Made by a program: the position numbers and the translations under genes. From Candidatus Marinacidobacterales bacterium (lineage in GTDB: Bacteria > Acidobacteriota > Vicinamibacteria > Marinacidobacterales > DATDRI01), in the NCBI GenBank assembly GCA_965219415.1, contig OZ244742.1, forward strand, positions 1,856,001-1,920,000: 64,000 bases of DNA, written 5' to 3'. Positions 43,506 through 53,940 of this stretch are shown here, one piece after another. The notes under the pieces were generated by a model. It saw nothing but the letters and a program-made list of their open reading frames with translations, was not told the DNA's origin and ran no database searches. Each line of letters opens with the position of its first letter. The first letter of the stretch is position 1.

Positions 43506-44702
43506 ATGTCTGCTGGGAACAGCCTGTTTAACGCTCGGTTTTTCGTCATCTGCGCTTTCAACTTTACGGTCTTCCTGTCCGGTTTCATGCTGTTCCCTAC
43601 CGGTCCGTTTCACATTCTGGACTTGGGAGGGAATAAGTTCACCGCCGGGCTCTTCTTGGCCTTTCTGACCTACGCCTCCGCGTTTTCGGCTCCCTTCACG
43701 GGTGCTCTGGCCGACCGAATCGGCAAACGCCGCGTCCTGATCGTGGCCAGCCTAACCCTGGTAGTCATCTCCGCCCTATACGCGGTGAGCCCGACGTATA
43801 CGATCTTGTTATCTTTGGTTCCCATTCACGGGTTTTTCTGGTCGGGCCTTCTCGCCGCCTCTGGTGCGTATCTCGTGGACCAAATCCCCTCCTCCCGGCG
43901 CGCCGAGGGTCTAGCTTTCTGGGGGCTCGCAACGGTCGGCGCGATCGCCATCGCGCCGCCACTCGCCTTTTGGCTCTATGATTCCGGCGGATGGCTGTGG
44001 GTTTGCATTGCATCGTCGGTGTTCAACGTCTTCATGGCGGGGATTGCTCTCAACCTCCAGGAGGGACAGCGCCCAAGCCCGGAACACAGTCTCGAACCAA
44101 CGTTTGTCGAATGGCGCGTTCTCGGAATTTCTCTAACCCTCTTCCTCTTTAGCTTCGGGTACGGCGGGGTCACGAGCTTCGTAGCGCTTTACGCTCAAGC
44201 TAGCGGCACCGCCTCCAAAAGCATCTACTTCACGGTGCTCGCGATCGTCATTTTGGTCACCCGCCCACTCCTCGGCTTGTTGGCCGACCGCATCGGTCAT
44301 AAGAAAGTCTTCATTCCCTGTTTGGCGTTCATAGCGGTGGGGTTAGCCCTTCTGGTACCCGGCGGAACGCTTCGCTGGCTAGTGAGCTCTGCCATCTTCT
44401 TTGGCATCGGTTTGGGCTCGGCGCTTCCTGTTTTCACTGCCTACATCATGCAGCGCGTATCCACGGCCCGGCGGGGAGCGGCGTTCGGCAGCATGTTGGC
44501 AGCCTTCGACACCGGCATTGGGACCGGATCGATGGCTATGGGGTATGTCATCGAGGCGACTAGTTACGGCCTCGCGTTCGGCATCGCGGCCTTGCTCGCA
44601 ACGCTGGCGATTCCCTACTTCCTCGTGTCGGAGCGAAGGTTTCTAAGGGAAACCGAAGAGCCCGGCTATACTACAGCCGAGCCGAAAGGAGAGATCCCAT
44701 GA
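43506..44702 (+). CDS. MFS transporter
   Basis: About 12 TM helices; GALADRIGKRR and GLLADRIGHKK motif A copies. Confidence 0.93.
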   Translation: MSAGNSLFNARFFVICAFNFTVFLSGFMLFPTGPFHILDLGGNKFTAGLFLAFLTYASAFSAPFTGALADRIGKRRVLIVASLTLVVISALYAVSPTYTILLSLVPIHGFFWSGLLAASGAYLVDQIPSSRRAEGLAFWGLATVGAIAIAPPLAFWLYDSGGWLWVCIASSVFNVFMAGIALNLQEGQRPSPEHSLEPTFVEWRVLGISLTLFLFSFGYGGVTSFVALYAQASGTASKSIYFTVLAIVILVTRPLLGLLADRIGHKKVFIPCLAFIAVGLALLVPGGTLRWLVSSAIFFGIGLGSALPVFTAYIMQRVSTARRGAAFGSMLAAFDTGIGTGSMAMGYVIEATSYGLAFGIAALLATLAIPYFLVSERRFLRETEEPGYTTAEPKGEIP

Positions 44703-45913
44703 CCTCCCTGGACCGCCGCAGTTTCCTCAAGTCCACCGCCGCCGGATTGGCCTCGGTAGCCGCCGCCCGCGGCGAGACGCACCCGGCGAACGATGACCCC
44801 TTCGGAGTGCGCGCGGAGTTCCCCATCACCGAGACCCAGGCCTATCTCAATACTGCCTCCTCCGGCCCTTTTCCCCGGGCAGTGAGAACAGCGGCACTCG
44901 CGTTCGCGGAAGAAAAGACACTACGCCCGACACCCGGCCGCAGACAGGAGACTCGTGCCAGCGCGCGGGCGAAGTTTGCGAAGCTCTTCGACGCCAAAGA
45001 AGAAGAGGTGGCCTTCCTCTATTCCACGAGTGACGGAGAGAACATCGTCGCCCGCGGCCTCGACCTGCAAGCAGGCGACAACGTCGTGATCGACGAGCTT
45101 CATTTCATCACCAGCTTCGTGCTCTTCCGCCAACTCGAGGAGGAACGAGGCATCGAGCTTCGCGTCGTGCCACAGAAAAACGGGCGAGCCCCGGTCGAGG
45201 AGTTCGAGGCACGCGTCGACCGGCGCACGCGACTCATTTCCGTAGCTTGGGTATCGAACCGTAACGGATACCGGCACGACGTCCGTGCCCTTGCCGACCT
45301 CGCTCACAGTCACGGGGCGTTGCTCTACGCGGATGCTATCCAGGCGTTCGGTACTTTCCCCCTCAAGCTCAAAGAGCAGGGTGTGGATTTCGCGACCGGT
45401 AATTCGTACAAGTGGATTTACGCCGGCTATGGAGTCGCGCCTTTTTTTATTCGCGCAGAGCATCTCGACCGTATCCGCCCCGATCGCTACGGTCATGCCC
45501 AGGTGGCGGAGTCACTCCCCGACTACGAAAACCGCCTACAGAAAACGGCTCGAAAGTTCGAGTATGCGAACCCGGCTTACGGTCCCCTGTATCAACTGGA
45601 CGCCGCCCTTTCGTTTCTCGAGGATGTTGGGCTCGCGCGGATCGAAGCTCATGGCGTAGCGCTCGCCGCAGACCTCCGTGACGGAGTGAACAAACTGGGG
45701 TTTGAGGCCTGGACCCCGCCGAACAACACCTCTCCCATCGTCACGTTTCCTCATCGACAGAAGCCCGTGGACATGGCGCGACTTCTCGAAAAGGAGACGG
45801 TCGTTGTCACGCTCCGCGAGGAGGGGGGATCGCACATACGGGCTGCGATAGGCATGTTCAACAACCGCAGCGACATAAATCGACTCTTGAGGGTACTCAA
45901 GAGAATCGCCTAG
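44699..45913 (+). CDS. Tat-exported class V PLP-dependent enzyme (cysteine desulfurase/lyase-like)
   Basis: DRRSFLK Tat motif, YLNTAS, DAIQ, SYKW PLP lysine. Confidence 0.88.
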   Translation: MTSLDRRSFLKSTAAGLASVAAARGETHPANDDPFGVRAEFPITETQAYLNTASSGPFPRAVRTAALAFAEEKTLRPTPGRRQETRASARAKFAKLFDAKEEEVAFLYSTSDGENIVARGLDLQAGDNVVIDELHFITSFVLFRQLEEERGIELRVVPQKNGRAPVEEFEARVDRRTRLISVAWVSNRNGYRHDVRALADLAHSHGALLYADAIQAFGTFPLKLKEQGVDFATGNSYKWIYAGYGVAPFFIRAEHLDRIRPDRYGHAQVAESLPDYENRLQKTARKFEYANPAYGPLYQLDAALSFLEDVGLARIEAHGVALAADLRDGVNKLGFEAWTPPNNTSPIVTFPHRQKPVDMARLLEKETVVVTLREEGGSHIRAAIGMFNNRSDINRLLRVLKRIA

Positions 45914-45934
45914 CAATCAAAGGAGGGCACTCAA

Positions 45935-46396
45935 ATGAAACGATGGTCTCTAAAACAACTCGCCGTTGGAGTGGCTCTGGGCGGATTGCTTACAGCATCC
46001 GCGGGGTTCCAGAAATCTTCGGCGCCGCGGTACATCACTTTGCCTGAACGCACCGATGATCGGCCTTATAGCAACGCCGTGCTCGTCGGCGACACGCTCT
46101 ATCTCTCGGGCGCGATAGGGATCGACCCGAAGACCGGTAAGCCGCCGGCGGACGTCAAAGAGGAAGTCAAGATCGTCTTGGACAGCATGAAGCGGCGGCT
46201 CGAGATGGTGGGAATGACGATGGACGATCTGGTAACGGTCCAGGTCTTCTGCCCCAACCTCGATCTATACGGCGAGTTCAACGACGTCTACCGCACCTAC
46301 TTCAAAGAGCACTTCCCGGCGCGGGGATTCATCGGCTCGGGTCCCCTCTTGGCCGAAGGCAACTTCGAAATAATGGGGGTCGCAGTCAAGCGTTAA
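45935..46396 (+). CDS. Rid (YjgF/RidA) family protein with signal peptide
   Basis: PYSNAV..GDTLYLSG, FNDVY..YF..FPAR, N-terminal hydrophobic leader, RBS aggagg. Confidence 0.9.
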   Translation: MKRWSLKQLAVGVALGGLLTASAGFQKSSAPRYITLPERTDDRPYSNAVLVGDTLYLSGAIGIDPKTGKPPADVKEEVKIVLDSMKRRLEMVGMTMDDLVTVQVFCPNLDLYGEFNDVYRTYFKEHFPARGFIGSGPLLAEGNFEIMGVAVKR

Positions 46397-46503
46397 GGCG
46401 GCTCGACTATTTGTGGACTGACGAGACTAATTCTTCTTGTCATGTCGTCTCGTCAATCGATCTCCCCTTAGATGAGAGGCCACTCCTCGCCCATGGAAAG
46501 TAA

Positions 46504-49500
46504 ATGTTAGAAGCAGGAAGGCGACTCGGCTCGTACGAAATCGTTGCGAGCCTTGGTGCAGGTGGCATGGGCGAGGTCTACCGAGCGAAAGATCTCAAGC
46601 TCAGGCGTGAGGTGGCGATCAAGGTGCTGCCGGAGGAGTTCGCTTCCGATTCCGAACGCCTAAGGCGATTCGACCAAGAAGCCCGGTCCGCTTCGGCGCT
46701 CAACCATCCCAACATCATTACTATCCACGACATAGGAGAGCAAGACGGCACGCACTACATTGCGATGGAGCTGGTGGAGGGAAAGACGCTACGTGAAGAA
46801 CTTCAGGACGGTCCCGTACCCGCCGCCAAACTGATCGACTTCGCGACCCAAGTCGGGCAGGGCCTTGCGAAGGCTCACGCAGCAGGCATCGTTCATCGTG
46901 ATTTGAAGCCCGATAACCTGATGGTAAGCAACGATGGCTTCGTGAAGATCCTCGACTTCGGGTTAGCCAAGTTGTCACCCCAACTCTCGGACCTCGGTTC
47001 GCAAATGGCGACGTTGAGCAAGATGCAGACCCCAGAGGGTGTCATCCTCGGTACGGTGCAATATATGTCCCCGGAACAGGCCGTGGGCCGGACGGTGGAT
47101 TTCTGCTCTGACCAGTTTTCCTTCGGATCGATTCTCTACGAGATGGCGACCGGCAAGCGTGCCTTCGAGCGCGAGAGTTTCGCGCAGACGTTGACCGCGA
47201 TTATCGAAAGCGACCCAGAACCGGCGACGTCACTGAACCCCAATCTCCCTGGTGGTCTCGGCGTGATCTTGAAACGCTGTTTGGCGAAAGATCCGAGCAA
47301 GCGTTACGAATCCACGAACGAGCTGGCCAAAGAGGTTGGACTGGTGCGCGCGGAAGACGTCGGTTCCCAACGAAAGGGCCGGCGATGGATTGCAGCGGGG
47401 ATCTTGCTCGCCGCGCTTGCTGTCGTCGTGGGGCTCAACTTGGAAGGACTACGCGACCGCCTGCCTGGCACGCCGATGGAGGCGGTGCCGGCGCCACAGA
47501 TGATCGTTGTCCTCCCGTTCGAGAACCTCGGCCCTTCCGAGGACGAGTACTTTGTAGCGGACATGACCGACGAGATCACCAGCCGCCTCGGTGCAGTCAG
47601 CGGGCTCGGGATCATATCGAGGAAGCGTGCGCTTCGTTACGCCCACACCGAAAAGACCACGAGCGAGATCGGCGATGAGCTGGGGGATCGGCTACATCCT
47701 CGTTGGAAGTGTGCGCTGGGCCGGCGGCGGAGACGGTCCTATCCGAGTACGAATCACGCCGGAGCTCATCCGCGCCTCAGACGGCACTCAGCTTTGGTCC
47801 GAGCCCTACGATAGGGTCATAGACGATATTTTCGAGGTGCAATCGGACATCGCCGGCCAGGTCATCCAGCGGCTGGGCGTTACGCTTCTCGACATAGAGC
47901 ATGCCCCTCTCACCTCCCGACCGACTGAGAACCTGGAAGCCTACACTCTCTACCTAAAGGGGCGGCACTTCTGGAACAAGAGAACCGAGAAGGACATCCA
48001 GACCGCCCTCGACTATTTTCAACAAGCCGTTGATCTGGACCCTGGTTACGCGCTAGCTCACGTCGGAATCGCCGACGTTTGGATCTTTCGCGGATGGTAT
48101 AGCGTCCTGGCCCCGAAAGAGACCTTCCCGAAAGCCAAGGCGGGCGGTGCTCAAAGCGTTGCAGTTCGACGAAACCTTGGCAGAAGCGCACACGTCACTC
48201 GCCCATGTACACTTCGAGTTCGATCACGACTGGGAGGCGGCAAGGAAAGAATACGAGCGCGCCATCGAGCTCAATCCGCGCCACCCCACCGCCCACCACT
48301 GGTACGGCGGCTTTTTGTCCGCCATGGGAGAGCATGAGGAGGGGCTAAAGCAAGCCGAGGAAAGCGCGGGAGCTGGATCCGTTATCACTGATTATCAATA
48401 CACGGGTAGGCCTCCGTCACTACTTCGCCGGGCGATACGAGGTAGCCATCGAGGAATATCACAAGGCTCTGGAGTTGGGTCCTAATTTCGGCCCCGGGCA
48501 TTGGCATTTGGGGTGGGCCTACGAGCAAGCGGCCCGCTACCCGGAGGCCATCGGGGAAGCGCAACGAGCGGTGGAATTGTCGACCGGAAACCCACTCTAC
48601 ATCGCCTCACTCGGCCACGCCTATGCCAAGGCAGGCAAGCAGGACGAAGCGCGAACGGTTCTCGACCAGCTGGAGCAGGAGTCTGCAACAAGGCACGTGT
48701 CCGCGTACCACACTGCGGTTATTTTGACGGCACTTGGGTGTGACTTCAAGTTTGAAGCGCACCATTCGTTAGAGCCCATGGAAACGTTCCTCCGGTGTGC
48801 GGTAGCCGAGTCTCTTGCGGGGCCGTGAGTTGAGCTTGTTTGCGATACGATCGCAGTCGCGTTGCGTGAGCGCTGCTTGGCTGGTGCGCTTCGGCAGGTA
48901 TTGTCGTAGCAGGTCATTGAAGTTCTCGTTGCTGCCTCTCTCCCATGAGTGATAGGGAGTCGCGAAGTAGAACTTGACGCCGGTCGCTTCCTCGACGGAT
49001 TCGTAGTCGTGGAACTCCGTACCATTGTCCGCGGTGATCGTCTTGACCTGCTCCGGCACCCGCCGGAGCAACATCTTCGTTCGCTGACTAGTGCTGAACA
49101 TGGTGCGGTCGGACAGCTTGCCGATCAGCGCATAGCCCGTCTTTCGTTCCACGAGCGTGGTTACGCAGTCCGGCGCGCCTTTTCCTACCACGGTGTCGAT
49201 CTCCCAGTGGCCAACGGCACTGCGCTTGTCGACACAAGGCGGCCGCTCGGAGATATGACGCTTCCCGGCCAGGTGGCCTCGGCTGTCATAGCTGTTGTGG
49301 CGCTTGCGTCTAAGTTTGGGCGAGCATCGAAGGTGGCGGTATAGATGTCCTCCGGCCTCCTTGTCCCGCCAGACGTGGGTGTAGATCGTCTCGTGGCTGA
49401 TCGAGAGCTCGCCGTGAAGGCGCAGGTGGCCGGAGATCTGCTCTGGGCTCCAGTCAGCCTTAAGCTTCTTCTCCACCAGGGCAAAGTCGGCCTTTGTGAA

Positions 49501-49969
49501 GTACTGGTTCCGGCGAGACCGCGATCGTCGTCCGTTCGTTTTCTCGATGGCCTTGCTCGGCCGGTAGCATCCATCACTACGTGAGCTGTTCCTCCTGACC
49601 TCTCTCGAGATTGTGCTCCGGTGGTGCCCCAGGCGCCGCGCAATCTCGGCTGAGCAAAATCCCTCCCGTCGCAGCGCCGCGATGGTGTATCGTTCTTCCG
49701 AGGTGATCTGGTAATAAGTCATTAGCGAGTCTCCATTCTTGGTTGTTTGAGGAATCGTGGCACATTCCAGGTCACCTCATCCGGGAGCTGTGTTGCACTT
49801 GCTTTATGAATTCGCGGGGTGATACAGACGAAGCGTTCGAACGGCTAGAAGGTGCTTTCGAGGAACGCCCCCTTGGATCGGCTATATGAAGGTCGACCCG
49901 CGGCTGGACCCACTCAGGTCAAACGCGAGATTTGGCGAATTGCTTCGCAAGGCTCGTCTCGACTTTTGA
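46504..49969 (+). pseudogene. Ser/Thr kinase - TM - TolB-like - TPR protein; frameshifted and IS30-interrupted
   Basis: Kinase motifs GAGGMG, VAIK, HRDLKPDN, DFG intact. Frameshifts at ~47684, ~48142, ~48360 and ~49868. The tail 'KVDPRLDPLRS..RF' resumes after the IS. Confidence 0.88.
48738..49817 (-). mobile_element. IS30-family element, uninterrupted copy (transposase 48769-49722)
   Basis: 317-aa DDE transposase. Imperfect IRs GCGAATTCA..AAGTGCA / GTGACTTCA..AAGCGCA. Ends approximate. Confidence 0.93.
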
Positions 49970-50032
49970 CGAGAAGCGCCGATGGCGTACGCCGCTCGTC
50001 CCATCTGCACGAGTTTTTGCCGACGCTCCTTT

Positions 50033-50353
50033 CTAACTTCCCGGAGGCTTGTAGGAAACGGCCTTCTTGACTGCTTCGTCCATGTCCTGTGGTGTCATCA
50101 GGGCGGTGGTCTTCACCTTCACCGCACCGGAGGCGTTCGTCGCCAGCGACAGCGCGGTGACGGTCGCGTGGTCCGGCGCGTCGAGAACGAGATAGACATC
50201 GTCGTCTCCGAGCGCAAAGTAGAACGACTCGACTTTGCCGCCAAGGGGCCCCAGGGCCTCTTCGACAGCTCGAACCCGCTTCGACCCACCGTCCTTGATT
50301 AGCCTCTTGACGCCCTCCGTCGTGTACGACGCACGAATGAGATACTTAGCCAA
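50033..50353 (-). CDS. GYD-domain protein
   Basis: 'YTTEGVK..GGKVESFYFALGDDD..TTALMT' pattern; RBS ggagga. Confidence 0.85.
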   Translation of the reverse strand: MAKYLIRASYTTEGVKRLIKDGGSKRVRAVEEALGPLGGKVESFYFALGDDDVYLVLDAPDHATVTALSLATNASGAVKVKTTALMTPQDMDEAVKKAVSYKPPGS

Positions 50354-50503
50354 TGACTCCTCCTTCGAGAAACTGGGACCTCCCGATCATCAGGAGTCGG
50401 ACCCACGAGGACGAGGGGTGGTCAGGAGGTCCCGGGTCTTGCCCTTCGGGCGCGCCCCGGAGGAGACTTCCCCTGCGGGACGATTCGCCGAACGGGTAAC
50501 GGA

Positions 50504-50533
50504 AGCATAACGGACCGGACTCCGGGGAGTCAA
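50504..50533 (-). promoter_or_regulatory. Putative sigma-70 promoter for the GYD gene
   Basis: TTGACT-18 nt-TATGCT on the minus strand, followed by a ~145-nt hairpin-rich leader. Confidence 0.5.
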
Positions 50534-50576
50534 GTGATCCGGGTTGACGGCGGGAACCGTTGCTAGCGCGCGAAAC

Positions 50577-51437
50577 CTAAGAACACGCCCCGCAAGAATC
50601 ACCGTGGGCGTAATGCCCGGGCCACGCGGACTTGGAGATGGAGAGCGTTTTCTTCTCCTTGTGACATACGAGGATCTTGTTGGATTTTTCCGGGTCGGCC
50701 GCGATGCATTCCGGAACGTTTCCGTTGCCAACGTCCGTCCGGTCGTCGTCTTCCTCTTCCTGTAGCTTGATTTCGCGAGCGAAGACGACCTGCGTACCAT
50801 CCACCGTCCTCCACTCGCCTTTCACATGCACGCGCTTGCCGTCCACGTCTTCCAAGGGGATCCTGCGATTGCCCTCGCGTATCGCGGTCTCGCCTCCGCT
50901 CGAAACGACCAGCTCGCCGTTCACGCGAAGGGTTCCATCGTTGGGATGGCCGTCCCCTGGCTGTACATCACTCGCCATGCCCTCGAGCTCGACGTCACCG
51001 TGGCCAATTCCGTTGCGCTTCTCGGAAAGCAGGTCTACCGTACCGTCGTCGGCCAAATCCACAAGGATGGTAATTTGTTGGTTGGGCAAGACTTCCCTAA
51101 AACGAATCCGGCCGATCCGATTCCCGTTCTCGTCTCGGAAAACAAGCGTGAAGGCACCTTCCGGTAGTCCTCGGAGTGTGAAGGAACCGCTGGCGCCGAC
51201 CGCCACTCGGATCCCGGTGTCGTTGCCTTCACGATCCAAGACTTCGACGGTAACTCCCTCGAGATCCGTCGCGGACTGCGCACGAAACGCAAGCGGCGAG
51301 CGACCGTCCGATACGAATTGCCCCGTTAGGTTGACTCCGTCTTGTGAGGGAGAGGTTGGGCTAGAACCGCCACAGCCAACAACAAGAAAGCTCAACAGCG
51401 CGACTGCGAGCGATGGCAATATTGTTCGATGAGGCAT
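50577..51437 (-). CDS. Hypothetical lipoprotein (beta-sandwich, DUF5666-like, C-terminal Cys/His module)
   Basis: Lipobox VVGC, 'GSFTLRGLPEG', 'RVHVKGE..VFAREIK', terminal 'VCHK..HYAHGDSCGAC'. Confidence 0.7.
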   Translation of the reverse strand: MPHRTILPSLAVALLSFLVVGCGGSSPTSPSQDGVNLTGQFVSDGRSPLAFRAQSATDLEGVTVEVLDREGNDTGIRVAVGASGSFTLRGLPEGAFTLVFRDENGNRIGRIRFREVLPNQQITILVDLADDGTVDLLSEKRNGIGHGDVELEGMASDVQPGDGHPNDGTLRVNGELVVSSGGETAIREGNRRIPLEDVDGKRVHVKGEWRTVDGTQVVFAREIKLQEEEDDDRTDVGNGNVPECIAADPEKSNKILVCHKEKKTLSISKSAWPGHYAHGDSCGACS

Positions 51438-51589
51438 CGTCGTCTCCCTTGGGCTCTGAACGCACACTTCTCGGGTTGTGGCTGGGGATCAATAGATGAT
51501 GGTAGCAAAGAGGGCCCGGAGACGACATGATCTGGGTCACTCAAGGGACTCCCAAATTCTGTGGGGAAAATCCAACGCTTGCCCTTTGA

Positions 51590-51624
51590 CCCTCACCCCG
51601 GCCCTCTCCAGGAGGGAGAGGGAG
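51590..51624. repeat. REP-like palindrome CCCTCACCCCGGCCCTCTCC..GGGAGAGGG
   Basis: ccctctcc/ggagaggg stem just downstream of the cyclase stop; matches a widespread extragenic palindrome type. Confidence 0.6.
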
Positions 51625-51645
51625 TAAAGGACTAAGAAACCATCA

Positions 51646-52491
51646 TTAAGGCACGATCCCGAAGATGCGGCTGGACGCCCCAGAGCCACCCTGGATCTTC
51701 ATCGGCGCTACCACCAACCATGCGCCGGCGGCGGGCAGAGCCTCCACGTTCGCGATCAGCTCGATCTGGTACTTGCCAGCCCGGTGCATCTCGATATGCA
51801 CTTGATTGAAGGGATCCGTGTTGAGAGAAATGCCTAGGGCGTCGGTGGACAGGGAATCGGTCGCAACCGCGTTGATGTCACGGTTCTCCAAGAGCCATCG
51901 AATGGCGTCCGGGGAAAAACCTGGGAAGTGTAACTCTCCGGCATCGTTCAAACCTAGAAACGCCGTCGGATCGGAGTACTTGTCACTCCACCCGCTGTTC
52001 ATGATGATCACCGCGCCCGAGGGGATCTCTCCATTCGCTTGTTCCCAGGCCGCGAGGTCATCGACCGAAATCATATAGTCGGAATCAGCCGCCGCCTTTG
52101 CCTTCACATTCACCACAACCGCTGGCGCCACCAATCGTTCGAGCGGTATCTCATCTATGGCTTCTTTGTCTTTGCCCGGGAACCAGTGGTTCGGAGCATC
52201 CACGTGCGTACCCGAGTGCTCCGTCACCTGATACCAGTTCCAGTACCAAGTGTTCATGCCCGGTTCGTCCCATTTCGAGATCTCGTTGAGCTTGAAGGGA
52301 ACACCCTGCCCCAAGTGGGGAGGAGCCTGGAACTCCGGCATCCCCTCATAGTAAGGATGGGATAGGTCGACCAGAGAGTAGTTCCCCGCTGCGAGTACTT
52401 CCGCCACCGTTGGCGGAGGTACCGCGGGAGGTGCACAAGCGACGAGCCACGCGATTCCCCCGATCCCCAGGACAAGCGTGATGAGTCTCAT
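51646..52491 (-). CDS. Cyclase family (kynurenine formamidase/isatin hydrolase-like) lipoprotein
   Basis: HSGTHVDAPNH metal motif, HFPGFS, lipobox LVAC. Confidence 0.9.
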   Translation of the reverse strand: MRLITLVLGIGGIAWLVACAPPAVPPPTVAEVLAAGNYSLVDLSHPYYEGMPEFQAPPHLGQGVPFKLNEISKWDEPGMNTWYWNWYQVTEHSGTHVDAPNHWFPGKDKEAIDEIPLERLVAPAVVVNVKAKAAADSDYMISVDDLAAWEQANGEIPSGAVIIMNSGWSDKYSDPTAFLGLNDAGELHFPGFSPDAIRWLLENRDINAVATDSLSTDALGISLNTDPFNQVHIEMHRAGKYQIELIANVEALPAAGAWLVVAPMKIQGGSGASSRIFGIVP

Positions 52492-52624
52492 TCTTTTCCT
52501 CCCCGAGAAATTGTCTTCCAACGCTGGCGACCCCTCTTGCTCCGCCAACAATAATGGAAATCGAACACAAGGATCAAAACTCAGAAATGACACCCTGACC
52601 GTTTGCCACTAGTATGAGGCGGCC

Positions 52625-53914
52625 ATGGTCCCGGAAGGAAGCCCGTCGAGCCCCGAACGCCATTTCCTCAAGGCCCTCGGCCCCGGTTTGCTGCTCGCTG
52701 CGGTGGCGGTGGGGGTATCCCATCTGGTTCAGTCCACTCGTGCCGGGGCGGTGTACGGGTTCGCAATGTTGGTCTTCATCGTGGGCGCCGTCGCAACGAA
52801 ATACCCGACCTACCGATTTGCCCCGCAATACACCCAGGCGACCGGCGTCTCCATGGTCGAAGGATTCCGGCGCCAAGGCCGTTGGGCGCTTACCCTGTTT
52901 GCGCTGGTCTTCCCGGTCCCGGCGCTCGTCGCAGTCGCCGCGGTGACGATTGTGACCGCCGGGGTCGCCAAGGCCGCCTTCCATCTCGGTGCGAGCCCCA
53001 CCAACATTACCATCGCGATACTGGCTATCACTGCCGTGTTATTGATCACCGGTCGGTATCACTGGCTCGACCTTTTGATGAAACCGCTGATGTTGGTACT
53101 CACCGTAACGACAGTGGCCGCGGCGGTACTGGTTATCCCTTACATCGATTGGTCCCACTCCGGAAGCTTGTGGCCGGCCAACTTCGACATGAGGACGATA
53201 CTATTCACCGCCGCACTGATCGGATGGATGCCCGCCCCACTCGAATCGGCGGTCATCCATACCTTGTGGTTGAGAGCCAAAGTCCAGGACACCGCCTACC
53301 GGCCGAGTGAAAGAGAATCGTCGCTCGATTTCCACATCGGTTATGTCGCTACGCTCCTGCTCGCGGTCTGTTTTCTGGTGCTCGGCGCCGGGGTCATGCA
53401 CGGGAAGGGTATCTCGTTCGAGGCAAGCGCCGGAGGGTTCGCCGCGCAGGTGATGTCCCTCTACACCGAAACCCTGGGCAACTGGAGTCGGCCGCTGATT
53501 GCAGCCGCCGCGCTGGCGGTGATGTACTCCACCGTGATCGCAGCGATCGATGGATTCTCCAGGATCACCGCCTCGATAATCTCGTGCTTTCGGGGCCCTG
53601 AGAAACCGGCGCAGGAGCATGGCTTGGATACGTGGAACGTTCTCTATGTCATTTCCATCGTGGTGCTCTGTGTGGGCGCGGCGACGATCATCCTTTTCTT
53701 CTTGAGATCGTTCAAAGCACTGGTCGATATCGCGACGACCCTCTCGTTTATCACTACGCCCGTATTGGCTTTACTGATCCACAGATCCATCATGAGCGCC
53801 GATGTCCCCGCAGAAGCGAAGCCCGGACGGGCTTTCTGGGGCTTTAGCGTGTTTTGTATCGGAGTGTTGACGACCTTTGCCGTCGGGTATTTGTTCTTGC
53901 TGGTTGTGCGGTAA
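52625..53914 (+). CDS. NRAMP/APC-superfamily transporter
   Basis: 'LGPGLLLAAVAVGVSHLVQSTRAGA' and about 11 TM helices. Confidence 0.82.
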   Translation: MVPEGSPSSPERHFLKALGPGLLLAAVAVGVSHLVQSTRAGAVYGFAMLVFIVGAVATKYPTYRFAPQYTQATGVSMVEGFRRQGRWALTLFALVFPVPALVAVAAVTIVTAGVAKAAFHLGASPTNITIAILAITAVLLITGRYHWLDLLMKPLMLVLTVTTVAAAVLVIPYIDWSHSGSLWPANFDMRTILFTAALIGWMPAPLESAVIHTLWLRAKVQDTAYRPSERESSLDFHIGYVATLLLAVCFLVLGAGVMHGKGISFEASAGGFAAQVMSLYTETLGNWSRPLIAAAALAVMYSTVIAAIDGFSRITASIISCFRGPEKPAQEHGLDTWNVLYVISIVVLCVGAATIILFFLRSFKALVDIATTLSFITTPVLALLIHRSIMSADVPAEAKPGRAFWGFSVFCIGVLTTFAVGYLFLLVVR

Positions 53915-53940
53915 ACATCTTTCTTAGAAAGGACGAGTCC

